Shown: in pieces, positions 1 through 13,790 of the stretch | Position numbering within the stretch: the first letter of the stretch is position 1 | Layout of the letters: each line of letters begins with the position of its first letter | Assembly: GCA_951406725.2 (NCBI GenBank) | Contig: OX597831.1 | Coordinates: forward strand, 80,352,001-80,416,000 | Direction: 5' to 3' | Length of the DNA: 64,000 nucleotides | Source: Octopus vulgaris | Taxonomy: Eukaryota | Notes under the pieces: generated by a model | Database searches by the model: none | What the model was told of the DNA's origin: nothing | Seen by the model: the letters and a program-made list of their open reading frames with translations, nothing else | Position numbers and translations under genes: made by a program

Positions 1-60
1 ACATACATGCTGGAATGTATTAATCCATACACGAAGAGAGCTATATAGATACGGCTAAAT

Positions 61-345
<285 letters not shown>

Positions 346-356
346 TAATTACAACA

Positions 357-393
<37 letters not shown>

Positions 394-1190
394 TATATTA
401 TATTCATATATATATATATATATATATAAGCATACATACATATATACATACGTATATATACTTAAAATTTATTAAATGCAAACACTCTAAAAATGTGTAT
501 GTATGTCTGTGTGTTCATGTGTGTGCATATGCGTGTGTGAATGAGTGAGTGTGTCTCAGAACTTAATAATACCTATCTACTTATATACACATATATGTGT
601 GTGTGTGTGTTTCTCTTTGCAGCATGTACTGTATAAATTCATAATCAACATATGTGATCCATTTAAGCAGACCTCTCTTCTACCTTCACCAACCCTCCTA
701 CTTGCGGTTGATTGTCCACAGTGTGGTGGCGGCAACTGCGCTACCGGCAGGGGGCCCAAACGGGTGCCATGCGGGTAGTTGAATCAAAACGAGAGTACCA
801 CCTGAATCTCTGCCAAAACCATTAATCGCTTCTTAAGACCAAATAGGTCATGTCTTAATATACCTAAGTCGTATTCCATAAATCATATTGCGCCTAATGT
901 AAGAGGTTCAGATAACGACCTCCGTCATACAGTACATACACAAAGTCGTGTATATATATATATATGTGCGTGTGTGTGTGTGTGTATTATATAGACATAC
1001 GCACACACAAACACGCACACACACACACACATGCACAAACGGAGATAAAATGAACTTGGAGTATATCATTTCCGATTTATATACGAATGTCTATAGATAC
1101 ATATAAAAATATTAATACATACATACATACATATATATATATGTATATATGTATGTATATATATATATACATATATGTGTGTGTGTGTGT

Positions 1191-1306
<116 letters not shown>

Positions 1307-1514
1307 AGAAGTCCTTGGTACAGTACTATATATTTTCTGGTAATTTTCCACTTTAATTACTACATGTTCAAATTATGAACACCTAATTATTAAAGTGGAA
1401 AACATCAGAAAATCCATCTCTATTCATACATACATACATACATACATACACACACACGCACACACACACACATACATATATATATGTATGTGTGTGTGTG
1501 TGTGTGTGTGTGTA

Positions 1515-1675
1515 CACACAAATTAAATTTACAGAAAACATAAGACGAAGACAGGTGAAGAAACGGCTATTAGTTTAAGGCTGGGGAAGTATGGAAAAGA
1601 GAGCCTACGCTCTTCGACAGAAAGCATGGAGAGGAAAAACCGGAGAGAGAAAAATGTGTATGGGTAAACGGTTCA
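1515..1675 (-). mobile_element. Short ORF-less interspersed element with a partial hammerhead-like motif (PLE pseudo-LTR-like)
   Basis: Reverse complement matches the copies at 2745-2925, 11835-12020 and 44650-44830 (ctttctgtcgaagagcgtaggctc...); the GAAAC half is deleted. Confidence 0.65.
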
Positions 1676-1676
1676 A

Positions 1677-1877
<201 letters not shown>

Positions 1878-2107
1878 ATATATGTAAATAAAATGGGATA
1901 AGAAAATAGAGAGATAATCAATAAATTACCTCTATTTTCTTATCTTATAATAAATAAATATAATATAAAGTACGGTTTTTATAGTTGCCTTACAGTTGAG
2001 TATTAAACTGTAATGTTCAACAGTCTCTGTATAGGTAACTAACCAGTACTTTCATAGGATTTTGCTATGCCTCAGTGAGGTTTATAACCTTTATTTGTAC
2101 TTCTGAA

Positions 2108-2164
<57 letters not shown>

Positions 2165-2191
2165 ATATATATATATATGTATATGTATATA

Positions 2192-2239
<48 letters not shown>

Positions 2240-2254
2240 AAAGAAAATACGCAC

Positions 2255-2490
2255 ACTTACATAGTTTTAATATAATTTTTGAGATATTGACCGGTTTCGC
2301 TATCGCTCTTCATGATATTATGTTTTACTTATTTGAATATGTATTTTTTCTTAAGAAGAAATTTTGTCCATGTTGTGTGTGGTGATATTCACGAGTGAAT
2401 GACTTCAAAAGTAGATAAATAAGGGGAGGTAATTGGTTATCGTGATGAATCCCTCGGTGTACGTTTCGTATATATTAAATAATTGATAGG
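2255..2490 (-). mobile_element. 3' end remnant of a Penelope-like element related to the one at 60942-62170
   Basis: Minus strand has attacctccccttattta (also at about 61902) and a degenerate hammerhead atgaagagcgatagcgaaaccggtc (compare gcgaaaccggtc at about 61998). Confidence 0.6.
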
Positions 2491-2700
2491 GAAGACAGTG
2501 TGTTCTATAAGCTTTATTTAGCACGACAAGGGAGCAGTGCAGATGTAAGCCGAAACGATCGTCGTGTTAAATAAAGCTTACAGTACACTCTGTCTTCACT
2601 ATCAATTATTGAAAAAAACATATACATATATACACACACAGACGTGTGTGTGTGCATCTTGTGTGTGTTGGTGTATATCTATACAGAAATATATATATAT

Positions 2701-2744
<44 letters not shown>

Positions 2745-2745
<1 letters not shown>

Positions 2746-2923
2746 CATTCGCCATGATTGATCGCTAGCCACTAAACTTTTTTCTATTTTCCTTCCCTGT
2801 TTATTTGTGTTCCTTTCTGTTGAAGAGCGCAGGCTCGAAACATAAAAGACTTTCTCACTTCCCGACCGTTGAACTAATACATCTGTTTGTTGTTTCGTCT
2901 TTTGTCTTTTTGTAAATTCTCAC

Positions 2924-2925
<2 letters not shown>
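2745..2925 (+). mobile_element. Short ORF-less hammerhead-motif element (PLE pseudo-LTR-like)
   Basis: cttt-CTGTTGA-A-GAGC-gcag-GCTC-GAAA-CATA-aaag at 2813-2848; homologous to other copies in the window; flanked by (TG)n and (TA)n. Confidence 0.7.
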
Positions 2926-3004
<79 letters not shown>

Positions 3005-3024
3005 GTGTATGTATGTATGTATGC

Positions 3025-3103
<79 letters not shown>

Positions 3104-3194
3104 TCAGTTGGCGACAAAGGTAAGTACATACGAAATGTACTTCGTTTTTTATATTCTTTATGATTTATAGACGGGGTGCGGAGTAAGGAAGAGC

Positions 3195-4010
3195 TAAGTT
3201 GATGATGATGACGACGATGGTGATGATGATGATGATGACGGTGATGGTGATGATGATGACAGCGACGACGAAGACGAAAATTACGATGACAATGACGACA
3301 CGGAAGTTGATGAAAGTGATCATTATGATGAGAAGGATGAAGAGAAGAAAGAGGAACAGGAAGAGTAACAGTAGGAGAAGGATTATGGTGATGATGATGA
3401 TGGTGGTGCTGGTGGCGGTCGTCGTCGTTGTGATGGATGTGACAATGATGATGGGGAGGAGGAGGGGGAGGAAGGTGTAAACAATATCAATGATGACGAC
3501 GGGGATTACGATGTTAATGATGAAGACGATACTCATAACGATGATCGCCAAGAAAGAAAACGTTGTTCCTTCTTCTTCTTTTTCTCCTTCTTCTTCTTCT
3601 TTTTCTCCTTCTTGTCATTCTCCTCCTCCTCGTTTTCTCCTTCCAATTCTTCTTCATCTTCTCCTTCTTCTTCTTCTTCTTCCTCATCCTCTTCTTCCCC
3701 TCCTCTTCTTCTTCCTCCTCCTCATCTTCTTCTTCCCTTCCTCTTCTTTTTCTTTGTCTTCTTCCTCATCTTCTGCTTCTTCTCATTCTTTTCATCTTTC
3801 TTCTTCTCCATCTCATTCTCCTCTTCGTCCTCCTTCTTCTCCTTCCAATTCTTCTTCTTCTTCCATTTCTTCTTCTCCTCTTCCTTCCCATTCTCTTCCT
3901 CCTTCTTTTTCTTCTTTTTCTTCTTCTTCCTCTTCTCCTTGTCCTCCTTCCCATTCTCCCTCTCCTCCTTTTCCAATTCTTCTCCTTTTTCCTCTTCTTC
4001 TTCTTCTCCT

Positions 4011-4041
<31 letters not shown>

Positions 4042-4090
4042 TTTCTTCTCCTTTTCCTCTTCTTCTCCTCATCCTCCTCCTCCCCCTCCT
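3195..4090. repeat. Degenerate (GAT)n followed by (CTT/CCT)n low-complexity tract
   Basis: Direct reading; overlapping ORFs are repeat translations. Confidence 0.93.
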
Positions 4091-4534
4091 AAAATAACGT
4101 AATCATCGGCTTGACAAAACAATTGCAATTTTTGTTTTGTGTTGGTCTTTCCCGACTGAATAAATACCGGTGGTGTAACGCGTTGACACAGCTGCATACC
4201 GGAAGGGGAGATCATCCTGGGTCTTGTTGATACAACATCAGAAGCTTGTAGTAATCCTGCTTGGAAACAAAAAGAAAAACAAATACTACATCCATATATA
4301 CTTAATTACATGCGTACACACAGGCACAGATAGATATTTATATGTTTGTATATCACCTCCGTTGATGGCTTCCGACAAAGATAGATACTAAGGTGAGGTG
4401 AGGTGTGAGGTGTGAGGTGGTGGTGTAAGGGGGAAGGACGCTGTGCACAAATAAGAAAAAAGAAGTTCCCGGGAGAGTTATGAACTACGGTGCTAATTAA
4501 TACGAGTTCAAGAAGGCGAATGCGTCGGTATGCT

Positions 4535-4539
4535 GGTAG

Positions 4540-4580
<41 letters not shown>

Positions 4581-4785
4581 ATGATGATGATGGTGATGAT
4601 GTTGGTGGTGGTGGTGGTGGTGGTGAGGAGGAGGAGGAGGAGGAGAAGGAGGAGGAGGAGGAGGAGAAGGAGGAGGAGGAGAAGGAGGAGGAGGAGGAGA
4701 AGGAGGAGGACGGTGGTGATGAAGATGATGATGATGGCGATATTGATGGCGACGATAGCGGTGGTGGTGGTGATGATGATGATGC

Positions 4786-4816
<31 letters not shown>

Positions 4817-5205
4817 GGTGGTGGTGGTGGTAATGGTGGTGGTGAGGAGGAGGAGGAGGAGGGTTATGACGATGACGAGGATGATTACGACTATGATGAT
4901 GGTGGTGATGATGATGATGATGATGGGGAGGAGGGTGATGGTGGTGATGACGAGGATAATGTTGATGATGACGACGATGGTGATGGCGACGACGATGGTG
5001 ATGGCGACGACGATGGTGGTGGTGGTGGTGATGTTGATGACGGTGATGATGATGATGGTGGTGGTGGTGATTAGGAGAGGAGCAAGAGGATGGTGATGAC
5101 GCTGATGATGATGATGATAATGATGATGATGACGACGACGATGATGATGACGATGATGATTACGATGATGATGGGGGTGGGGGTGGTGGTGGTGATGGTG
5201 ATGAG
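4535..5205. repeat. Degenerate (GAT)/(GGT)/(GAG) trinucleotide tract
   Basis: Direct reading. Confidence 0.93.
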
Positions 5206-5339
5206 GACCGGGACATGCTATGTCGATTACCACGCATGTTTCTCGTTTTTATTCCCCATAACAATGTGCGGGTTCCGATGTCTGGTCAAGGGATCACACC
5301 GAACCATGGCAACCCACTCATTCTAATTCTCGCTGACTC

Positions 5340-5599
5340 CTTTTAGGGTTTTCTCATACCACGTCTTTGCTCTTTGTAGGCCGGGATTTCCACAAACACC
5401 CCACTGGATCATTCTTGCCACATTGTCATGGCTTTTGTATTCGCGTTGTGCCATGCCGTTTCACCCCTCTCTCCACACATTTTACATGTGTCGCTGTCAG
5501 TAACGTTGTCGAGTCTGCACTTCACATAGATAGTCCTTAATACTTATTCATGTGCTGCGCACATAAGTGCTTCTGTTTCTATCTTCAGGTCACTGCTCA

Positions 5600-5600
<1 letters not shown>
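5340..5600 (-). mobile_element. Old R4/Dong-clade retrotransposon fragment (zinc-knuckle region)
   Basis: Manual minus-strand translation SDLKIETEALMCAAHE*VLRTIYVKCRLDNVTDSDTCKMCGERGETAWH matches the R4 ETE..I.AAQ.Q.L.T / CxxC...ET..H region; abuts (ATT)n. Confidence 0.7.
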
Positions 5601-5634
<34 letters not shown>

Positions 5635-5635
<1 letters not shown>

Positions 5636-5952
5636 CCTGCTCAAACGGTCCCTGAATAAGAGTTGTTTAAGGATGTAGCACCCATGTTTCCAAAGGTGAA
5701 TTATCCAAACCTCTAAGAATTCCTTTCAACACATGGCTAGGATGCTCCCTCAACTACTATCGTGATCAGAGATGCACATATCGTCAGCCACCCAGGGACA
5801 TGCTCAACTGGTTAAAGTCAAACAACTGACAAGCAAATATGTGGTATTGAGCAGAATATTTGCTGTAGCCCATCTTTTATACCAAGACAAAACAATGTAC
5901 ATGATAACACTTCCTATCAGTTAAGATCAGAAGGCATGAGAGCCACTGCCTG
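5635..5952 (+). mobile_element. Interspersed repeat, unclassified; related copy at about 52594-52925
   Basis: Both loci share ctgaataag.gttgtttaag...cacccatgtttcca.aggtgaatta...caacacatggcta; both abut (ATT)n. Confidence 0.7.
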
Positions 5953-6718
5953 GTTGTTATTATTGTTATTCTATGTTTGACTTTTGCTTTATGTCTGTAC
6001 AAATTGGCTCCAAGTCTCACCCAGAGACCTCAAGAGAAAACAGGTTGGAAGTTCACGTTGTTGTTATGCCTAGTGTGCCATATATTTGGGGGTTTTTTTG
6101 GTGTTGTACTAGTGAATGTCTAATACATAAATTTAAAAAAAAGAAGTTTGTTTTAAACCTTGGGATTACATATAGAGTATTTTGCGTAGGATATGAGCAG
6201 TTCCCATGAGCACTATCTTTTGAATTTCTGCCATTTTGGGGTTTCCTGGTAGGTAGCAATCAGGTAGCAATCAGCCCCTTTCGCTATCATTTCCAGGGCA
6301 CCTATGACAACAGGTATTGTTTTAGTCTTCAGGTTCCACATTTTGCTGATTTCTATTTCAAGATCTTTATATTTGGTCAGTTTCTGGTAGGTCTTGACAG
6401 ATACGTTTATATCGATTGGGACAATCATATCAATGAGGAGGCATGTTTTTGTCTGAAGTCTTTTACTATGATGTCTGGCCTCTTCGCGTCTATCTTTCTG
6501 TCAGTTTGAATGGTGAAGTTCCAGAGGAGTGAGATGTGGTCATTTTCAAGCACTGGAGGGTGTTCACACCAGTTTTTATCATGGGGCAAGTCCAGGTTTT
6601 TTCAAATTACCCAGTGAATATATTCTGCAGCTCTATCATGCCTGTTGAGATACTCTGTAGGCGCTAGAAGACTGCACTTGGAGACAACATGATCAATGGT
6701 TTCATTTTGTTGTTGATA

Positions 6719-8003
6719 CGAGGGGCGTTCAATAAGTAATGCCCCTGACCCACTTCCCATAGCAGTAGAGCAACGAAACTTGGCACAGTTATTAGTCTTT
6801 TTCTACATAGGAACCACCCAGAGTTACGCATTTCTCTCATCGTTTGATGCGGCTCTGGAGACCGTTTTTGTAGAAGAACCCAGCTTGGTCCTCCAACCTC
6901 AACGTGACTTCAGAAATCAAGGCTGCATCATCTGGGAAATTCTTTGCTTTCAAAAACAACTTCATGATTGGGAAGAGGTGAAAATCAGAGGGTGCAAGGT
7001 CAGGAAAGTAGGGGGTTAGGGTTAGGGAGGAGTTCATAGCCATACGCCTGTGCTTCTGATCTGGCGACAAGCAAGTTGTGGACCGGAGCGTTGTCCTGCA
7101 GGAGGAGGAAGCCTTTGCTGATCTTGCCCCGCCTCTTGATTTTGATAACTTCTCTTAATTTCCTCAAAAGTGAAGCATAATAGGCTCCTGCAATTGTGGT
7201 ACCCTTTGCCAGGAAATCTGTCATCACTACTCCGTCCTGGTCCCAGAAGACTGTGAGCATGACCTTGCCAGCGGAGGGCTGCACCCTTGCCTTCTTTGGA
7301 GGAGGTGAGTCACGGTGCTTTCACTGCATTGACTGGGCTTTGGTCTCTGGATCATCGTGATGGACGCAGGTTTCATCCTGTGTAATCAGTCTTTTGAAAA
7401 ATTTTGACTCATCTTCTTGGCACATCTCCAAATTCACCCTCGAGCACTCGACGCGTTCTTGCTTCTGGAAAGGTGTGAGCAACCTGGGAATCCATCTGGC
7501 AGACACCTTTTGCATATGCAAATGGTCATGAATGATAGTTTCCACAGATCCGATACTAATCTTGACCTCATGGGCTATTTGGCGAATAATTATGCGTCGA
7601 TCTTCCAAAATGGCAGCCTCAACTTGACGGACAGATGCCTCATCAATGGCAGAAGGGGGCGACCAGATCTGAGAGCTGTTTCCACAGAGTTCCGACCATG
7701 TTTGAATTCACGATGCCAGCGTTTTACAAGGTCATATGATGGGGCATCATCACCATAAGTTACTTTCATTTCATAAAAAGTCTCCCGTGGTGTGCGTTCG
7801 TTCAAATACAAAAACCGGATCACTGCTCGACACTCAACAGGCTCCATTTCACACTTGACTCGGTTCAAACACCTGTAAATCAGAAACCACAATTAATTCA
7901 GAGCTGTAATTTGCCACTTACTCTATAGAGATATAAATGATTGCACATGCTAGATCAAACAACTGCAAGTGGGTCAGAGGCATTACTTATTGAACGTCCC
8001 TAG
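6719..8003 (-). mobile_element. Mariner DNA transposon, full length (1285 bp), nested in the R4 element
   Basis: TIRs cgaggggcgttcaataagtaatgcccctgacccactt / aagtgggtcagaggcattacttattgaacgtccctag; TA duplication at 6717-6718 and 8004-8005. Confidence 0.95.
6800..7847 (-). pseudogene. Mariner D,D34D-type transposase, frameshifted
   Basis: MEPVECRAVIRFL...SGRP, ARWIPRLLT, ITQDET, KVMLTVFWD, LLQDNAPVH and PDLAPSDFHLF are spread over four ORFs. Confidence 0.93.
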
Positions 8004-8200
8004 TATACACGACATGTTGGGCTACTGCCGTTCTTTAATATGTTAGCCTGGTAGTTCCTTGTGGGTAGGCATTGATCTTGAGCTGCTACGATAAACCCTT
8101 CTGTTTCAGATTTTAAGCCAGAGGCCATTAGCCATTGATGGGTCAGGGCTTTGTCAACATCTGCATTATTCATTCTCTTTGGGTATTTGCCATTGAGAAG

Positions 8201-9712
8201 TTATCCTTGCCACTTATCATTCAGAATATCTAAGGCAGCAGTTTTAGCACAGGTTTTCATGCGTTTAGCTAATTCTGTGCTTGTTTCTTGTGTCTCTAAT
8301 TCCGGAATTTGTTGTATTCGGAATTCACTTAGATATTCCTTTGCCTGTTTTGCTACTGAGTATGATGCTTTCTTGTTTTCATGTTTTGAGACAAGTTTTA
8401 ACATCCAGTCCTCAGAGTTTTTCAGATAGGTGTCTAGGCCAATTGTAGCAACCTTCATTGTTATTGCCAGTTGTAAAAGCCCACGGCCTCCCTCTTTTCT
8501 TGGTAGATAAAGTCGATCTATATCTGCCTTAGGGTGGTGCATTCTATGCATTGTCGACAGTTTTCGTATTTTTCTGTCAAGATTACATATTTCAGTAATT
8601 GACCAGTTAACGATATTGAAACTGTAAGTCACGACTGGTATGGCTAAAGCATTGATCGCTTCGATCCTGTTTCTCGCATTCAGCTCTGTCTTGAGTATTG
8701 CTCTTACTCTGCGATAACATTCTCTCCTGATCCTTTCCTTCATCACTGAATGCCTTATTCCATCCCCTTCAATTACCCCTCGGTACTTGTAGCTCTCTGC
8801 ATACATATACATATATAGTATCTATATATGTATGTATGCATATACGTATGTATGTATGTGTATATATATGTATACATATGCATATATATAGATATACATA
8901 TACAGATATACATTTATGACATTCTGCTGGTCGAGGTAAACGTTAGATGTTTCTGTTATTTTTCCTTTGATAAATGTAGCTTTTGCACATTTATCGAGGC
9001 CGAATTGCATTCTGATGTCGTCACTGAATTGTTTGACTATCGCTAGTAAGCCCTTGAGTTGTTGGTCATTTTTTGCAAAGAGCTTTAAATCATCCATGTA
9101 AATGAAATGATTTATATTTTTATCAAACATTTTATACCCGTACTGCGCTTCATTGAGCAATTTTGAGAAAGGTATTAAGGCTAGACAAAAGAGGAGTGGT
9201 GATAGTGAATCACCCTGGAAAATGCCACATGAAATTTTTACATCACCAGCATTTAGAGATTCATCGTCACTGTTCAAAGTTAGTGTGGTTCTCCATGATT
9301 TCATACTTACAGACAAAATGTTTCGCAGAGCAGGCGCTATTTAGTACATTTCTAGGCAATTCTTTATCCAGCTATGTGGTAGGCTATCAAAAGCCTTTTT
9401 ATAGTCTATCCAGGCTATTGACAAGTTTTTCTGTCGTTTGTGACAATCTTCTAAGATCTTCTTATTGATGAGTAGTTGATCTTTACAACCATAGGATCCA
9501 CGTTTACATCCTTTCTGTTCATTAGGGAATATGCTGCTGTCTGTTAAAAAACTATAGGTATATTCCGTCAGGACAGATGTTAGCGTTTTATACATAGTTG
9601 TTAAGCAGGTTATGGGTCTATAGTTTTTTGGTTCATTTGTTTCTTCACTTTTTGGAAGCAGGAATGTTAACCCATTAACTATCCAAGGAGGCATCCTACT
9701 AGGGTGTTGCAA
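8201..9712 (-). pseudogene. Reverse transcriptase domain of the R4/Dong element, interrupted by a stop and a microsatellite
   Basis: ORFs 9341-9712, 8822-9316 and 8201-8812 carry consecutive RT motifs; a TA-rich repeat interrupts at about 8800-8915. Confidence 0.9.
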
Positions 9713-11478
9713 AACATCATTGTAAAGTTCTGTTAGCAGTTCATGGCTCTCAACCAGAAGTTAGGAATTTTATCCTTTCCTGGAGACTTCCATTTGCTTG
9801 ACCTCCTGAGAACAGATCTTACATCTTCTACCTTGACACCCTCCCACTTTTGCTCCTCTAAGGAGTACAAGTCCGTAGCTATTCTATCAATCCAAGGGGT
9901 CTTTTCGTTGTGTGTGTTTTCTTCTGTCCAAATTTTATTCCAAAAACCGTGCACTTCGTCTTTTGATGGTACAAACTTTACAGTAACTGGTGTTTTCCTT
10001 ATCTTCCTGTAAAAATTTTTGGGGTTATTTTTGAACATGTTGTTGTCCTTGAAGAATCTAACACGTTTTTCATACCTCGCTATGCGGGCAGCTTTAGCAG
10101 ATACCTTTTGCTTGATGGTTTCTATGGTGGCATCAATATCAAGTATAGTTTTCATATATTCTTTCTTTAATTTTGGGTTTTTTGTAGCTTTGGTAGTCTT
10201 GTCAACTTTAAGGTTTTTCAAACATTCAATGTCAGACCTGAGTAGCTTAATTTGTTGTTGGATACGCTCTTGCTAAGAAGGCTTTTTGTGGAAATGTTGC
10301 CGTTTTCTAATCTTTTCACCACATAGGATCGTTGAGATTTTCGCGGATGCATAGTACAGTTGGTTGAGATCTGGGATATTAACATCATTAGCTGAAATGA
10401 TATCCTTAAGTGCAAGCCGGATTTTACCAATTATTTTCATGTTTTGGTTAGAGTTGCGGATTCTCGGGTGTATCGCGTTCATCCATACTGGTTTCTTTAA
10501 TTTTCAGCCATTCAATCATGATTTGATTCTTTAGTTCACGTGGTTCAGTTGGGTCAATATTTGTGTGACTTTCTTCTATTCGATGTTCATTTGTCTTAGT
10601 GTTTATGATTGGTTCAGTGAGTATTACACTTTGCCTATCAGTTATACTAGCTCTTTCAATCCTTACTGCGTTTTTATCAGCCCTAGGCTGGTGTATAATT
10701 ATTTCCTCTGTATTATATTCTTTAACTGCGGCTTTGTTGTTTTTATCCGTTACTGCTTGTTTGATTTGACCAATCTCTACTTCAGTCAGTAATTTTTTTT
10801 TATAATATTTCTTCTGACGTTGGCAAGTTTCTTACTGTCTATGTAGGGTCTTACTTCAGGGTGTTTCTGTCTCCAGTTTATGTAGGTTTGTACAGTATTA
10901 GATTTATCTGTGGGAAAATATATGGCATGGTAGAATGCCGTAAGAACTTCCTTATTATCTTCCCTAGACCGTTTTTCATTCCTTTTCTTTTGGTTATTTG
11001 ATGACGGGCATGGATGGCCATCTGTTGGGATATTCCGGTTGTGGGGTACGTCCAGTTCCTGCGTGTCGGGAAGATTTGAACCAGTGGCTGATTTTTCAGT
11101 CAGAATTTGGTTCAATGTTCGGGTTTGTGGTCTTTTGTAAACCGATCGATGACCATTGCGGTTTGTAATTTGTTTTGTTGACATTGAGGCATGACGAGCT
11201 TCGGCTCTTACATTAGGAGTCGGATCTGTAAGTATAGGGTTAAGTTCTTGCGACGACGCCGCCTCTGAATGTAAACATCCCTCGTAGCGTAATTTCTTAA
11301 GGCTAGCAGATCTGTATTCGTCTGTATTTTTTTTTTTGTTGATAGATTTACCTTCGGACATAGTTTTTTTTGTGGTGTTTTTTACCCTTATGAAAGGTTC
11401 ACTCTGTCTGTGGTAGTTCTAAAATATCAGAATAAAATGAGAAGAATGTATGTATGCATGTTTGCATGTATGTATGTT

Positions 11479-11518
<40 letters not shown>

Positions 11519-11595
11519 CGTTCTTTATATATGAATTTTTATTCCTATATATAAATTTATATGGATATGTATATACCTGTCTGTCTATCTATCTA

Positions 11596-11639
<44 letters not shown>

Positions 11640-11834
11640 ACAATACACCACCCACACACCCACCCACACATACACACACACGTCCAGACCACCAGCTCTG
11701 TTTCACACGCACATACATACTCTCTTATACACACACACCTTTGTGTTAGGGGCTCCTTCGTATTGGAAGTCACTTGATCCTGTTATCTCCCCTACTGTCC
11801 CTCTCGCGTCTGACCATTCTGTCCGAAGTCAGAC

Positions 11835-12016
11835 GCCATGATAGATCGTTAGCTACTACATACTTTTTTCTCTCCTTGTTTTTTTTGTGTATCTTTCTGT
11901 AGAAGAGCTTAGGCTCGAAACGTAAAAGACTTTTCTATTCCAGAGCGCTATACTAATACATTTGTTTGTTTGTACACCACTTGCCTTCGTCTTTTGTTTA
12001 TTTTCGTAAACTTTCC

Positions 12017-12020
<4 letters not shown>
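11835..12020 (+). mobile_element. Short ORF-less hammerhead-motif element (PLE pseudo-LTR-like)
   Basis: cttt-CTGTAGA-A-GAGC-ttag-GCTC-GAAA-CGTA-aaag at 11893-11928; alignable with 2745-2925; ends in (TA)n. Confidence 0.72.
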
Positions 12021-12084
<64 letters not shown>

Positions 12085-12372
12085 GAGGATATTATTGTTT
12101 ATAATATCAGTCGCTTAGCATGCGTAAAAAACCCCATAACGGTAATAATTATCAATAAATAATTAAGAGTACTAACAAGCATTACCGGCATGCTAAATAT
12201 AGCAGTCAAAATGACCAGAGGTAAAAGCGGGTGAATGAATAAAAATTCAAAATCGCTGTGCCAACGACTGAAATAATCGAAAATCAAAAAAGCCAGACAT
12301 ACCTGCATCGATCTTATATTTTTATAGATATATATACACACACATACATACATGCATATGTACGTGTGTGTG

Positions 12373-12429
<57 letters not shown>

Positions 12430-12859
12430 ATACATACAACTAGATTCAATGAGTAGGTGTGTGTGTGTGTGATATATTGTAAATACAGTGGGGAGTGGTG
12501 TCTTATTGATTACGGTGGAGGAAAAATCACATTTAGGGTGAGGCAAAATTGGGGGTAAGGATTGGCAAAACACGCCATGAATTAAGGGTGTGGCTGCATC
12601 GAAAATTTAGTCGGAATCAGTGGAAAAGTAGAACGAGGTAAAGAGTTAGGATGAAATTTGAGTAGATTATGGAGAGAAAACACAAATAAGAAAAGGGTAT
12701 ATGATGGCGGGTTGGGTGTAAAGGGGATGGGATTTGCGTTCCCTTTTTTATTTGTATATTAAGGAGTCGAAACTGAAAATATGTAAGAATATGGCTGGAG
12801 AAATGGGGTTTTCATGACTGGCATATATCAGATACATACATATATAGAAGAAGCTACAC

Positions 12860-12873
12860 AAACACACATACAT

Positions 12874-12954
<81 letters not shown>

Positions 12955-13686
12955 GATGGATGGATGGATGGATAGATGGATGGATGGATGGGTGGATGGA
13001 TGGGTGGATGGATTGATAGTTGGGTGGATGGATGGATGGATGGATGACTAGCTGGGTGGATGGATGGATAGCTGGATAGATTGATGGATGGGTGGATGGA
13101 TGGGTGAATGGATGTGTGGGTGGATGGATGAATGGGTAGGTAGACGGGTGGATAAATGGGTGGATGGATGGATGCATGCATGGATGCATGGATGGGTCGA
13201 TGGTTGGGCAGTTGGATGATTGGGTAAGTAGATGGATGTGTGAATAGGTGGACGGATAAGTGGGTGGATAGATGGATGGATGGATGGATGTATGGACGGG
13301 TAAATGGATGGATGGGTAGATGGGTGGATGTGTGTACAGCACACACACACACACACACACACTCGTACTTCACAGAAGGATGCGATACGCCTGGCGGGAG
13401 ACATATGCACGGCTTTGATAGAAAAGGAGAGAGGGGGAGTGAGGGAAGTACACAGAGAGACAGAGAGACTTGCAAGTGACTTGGTAGACAGATCGAGAGA
13501 GAAAGTGGGAGAGGGAGAAATGTAATAGATAGATTGATAGAGAGAGAGAGAGAGAGAAAAGACAGACAAGCAAACAAAGAGACAGACAGACAGACAGATA
13601 GACAGACGAGCACATAGACAGACAAACCGACAAACAGATATGCAGACAGACAGACAGATAGGCAGACATATAGACAGACAGATTGC

Positions 13687-13767
<81 letters not shown>

Positions 13768-13790
13768 TGATAGATAGATAGATATAGAAG
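12860..13790. repeat. Compound microsatellites (CA)n, (TA)n, (GGAT)n, (GACA)n, (GATA)n
   Basis: Direct reading. Confidence 0.93.

Larger units (their letters stand above)
5965..11420 (-). mobile_element. R4/Dong-clade non-LTR retrotransposon (RT plus restriction-like endonuclease), near full length, degenerate
   Basis: Fragmented ORF from 11361 to about 6167 with RPITCLTTMYK, QKGCKRGSYGCKDQLLINK, WIDYKKAFDSLPHSWI, GIFQGDSLSPLLF, YMDDLKL, LYLPRKEGGRGL, a zinc knuckle, RLE KYKDLEIEISKMW...PVVIGAL and terminal QKIVLMGTAHILRK; 3' end in a TAA-rich tract. Confidence 0.92.
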
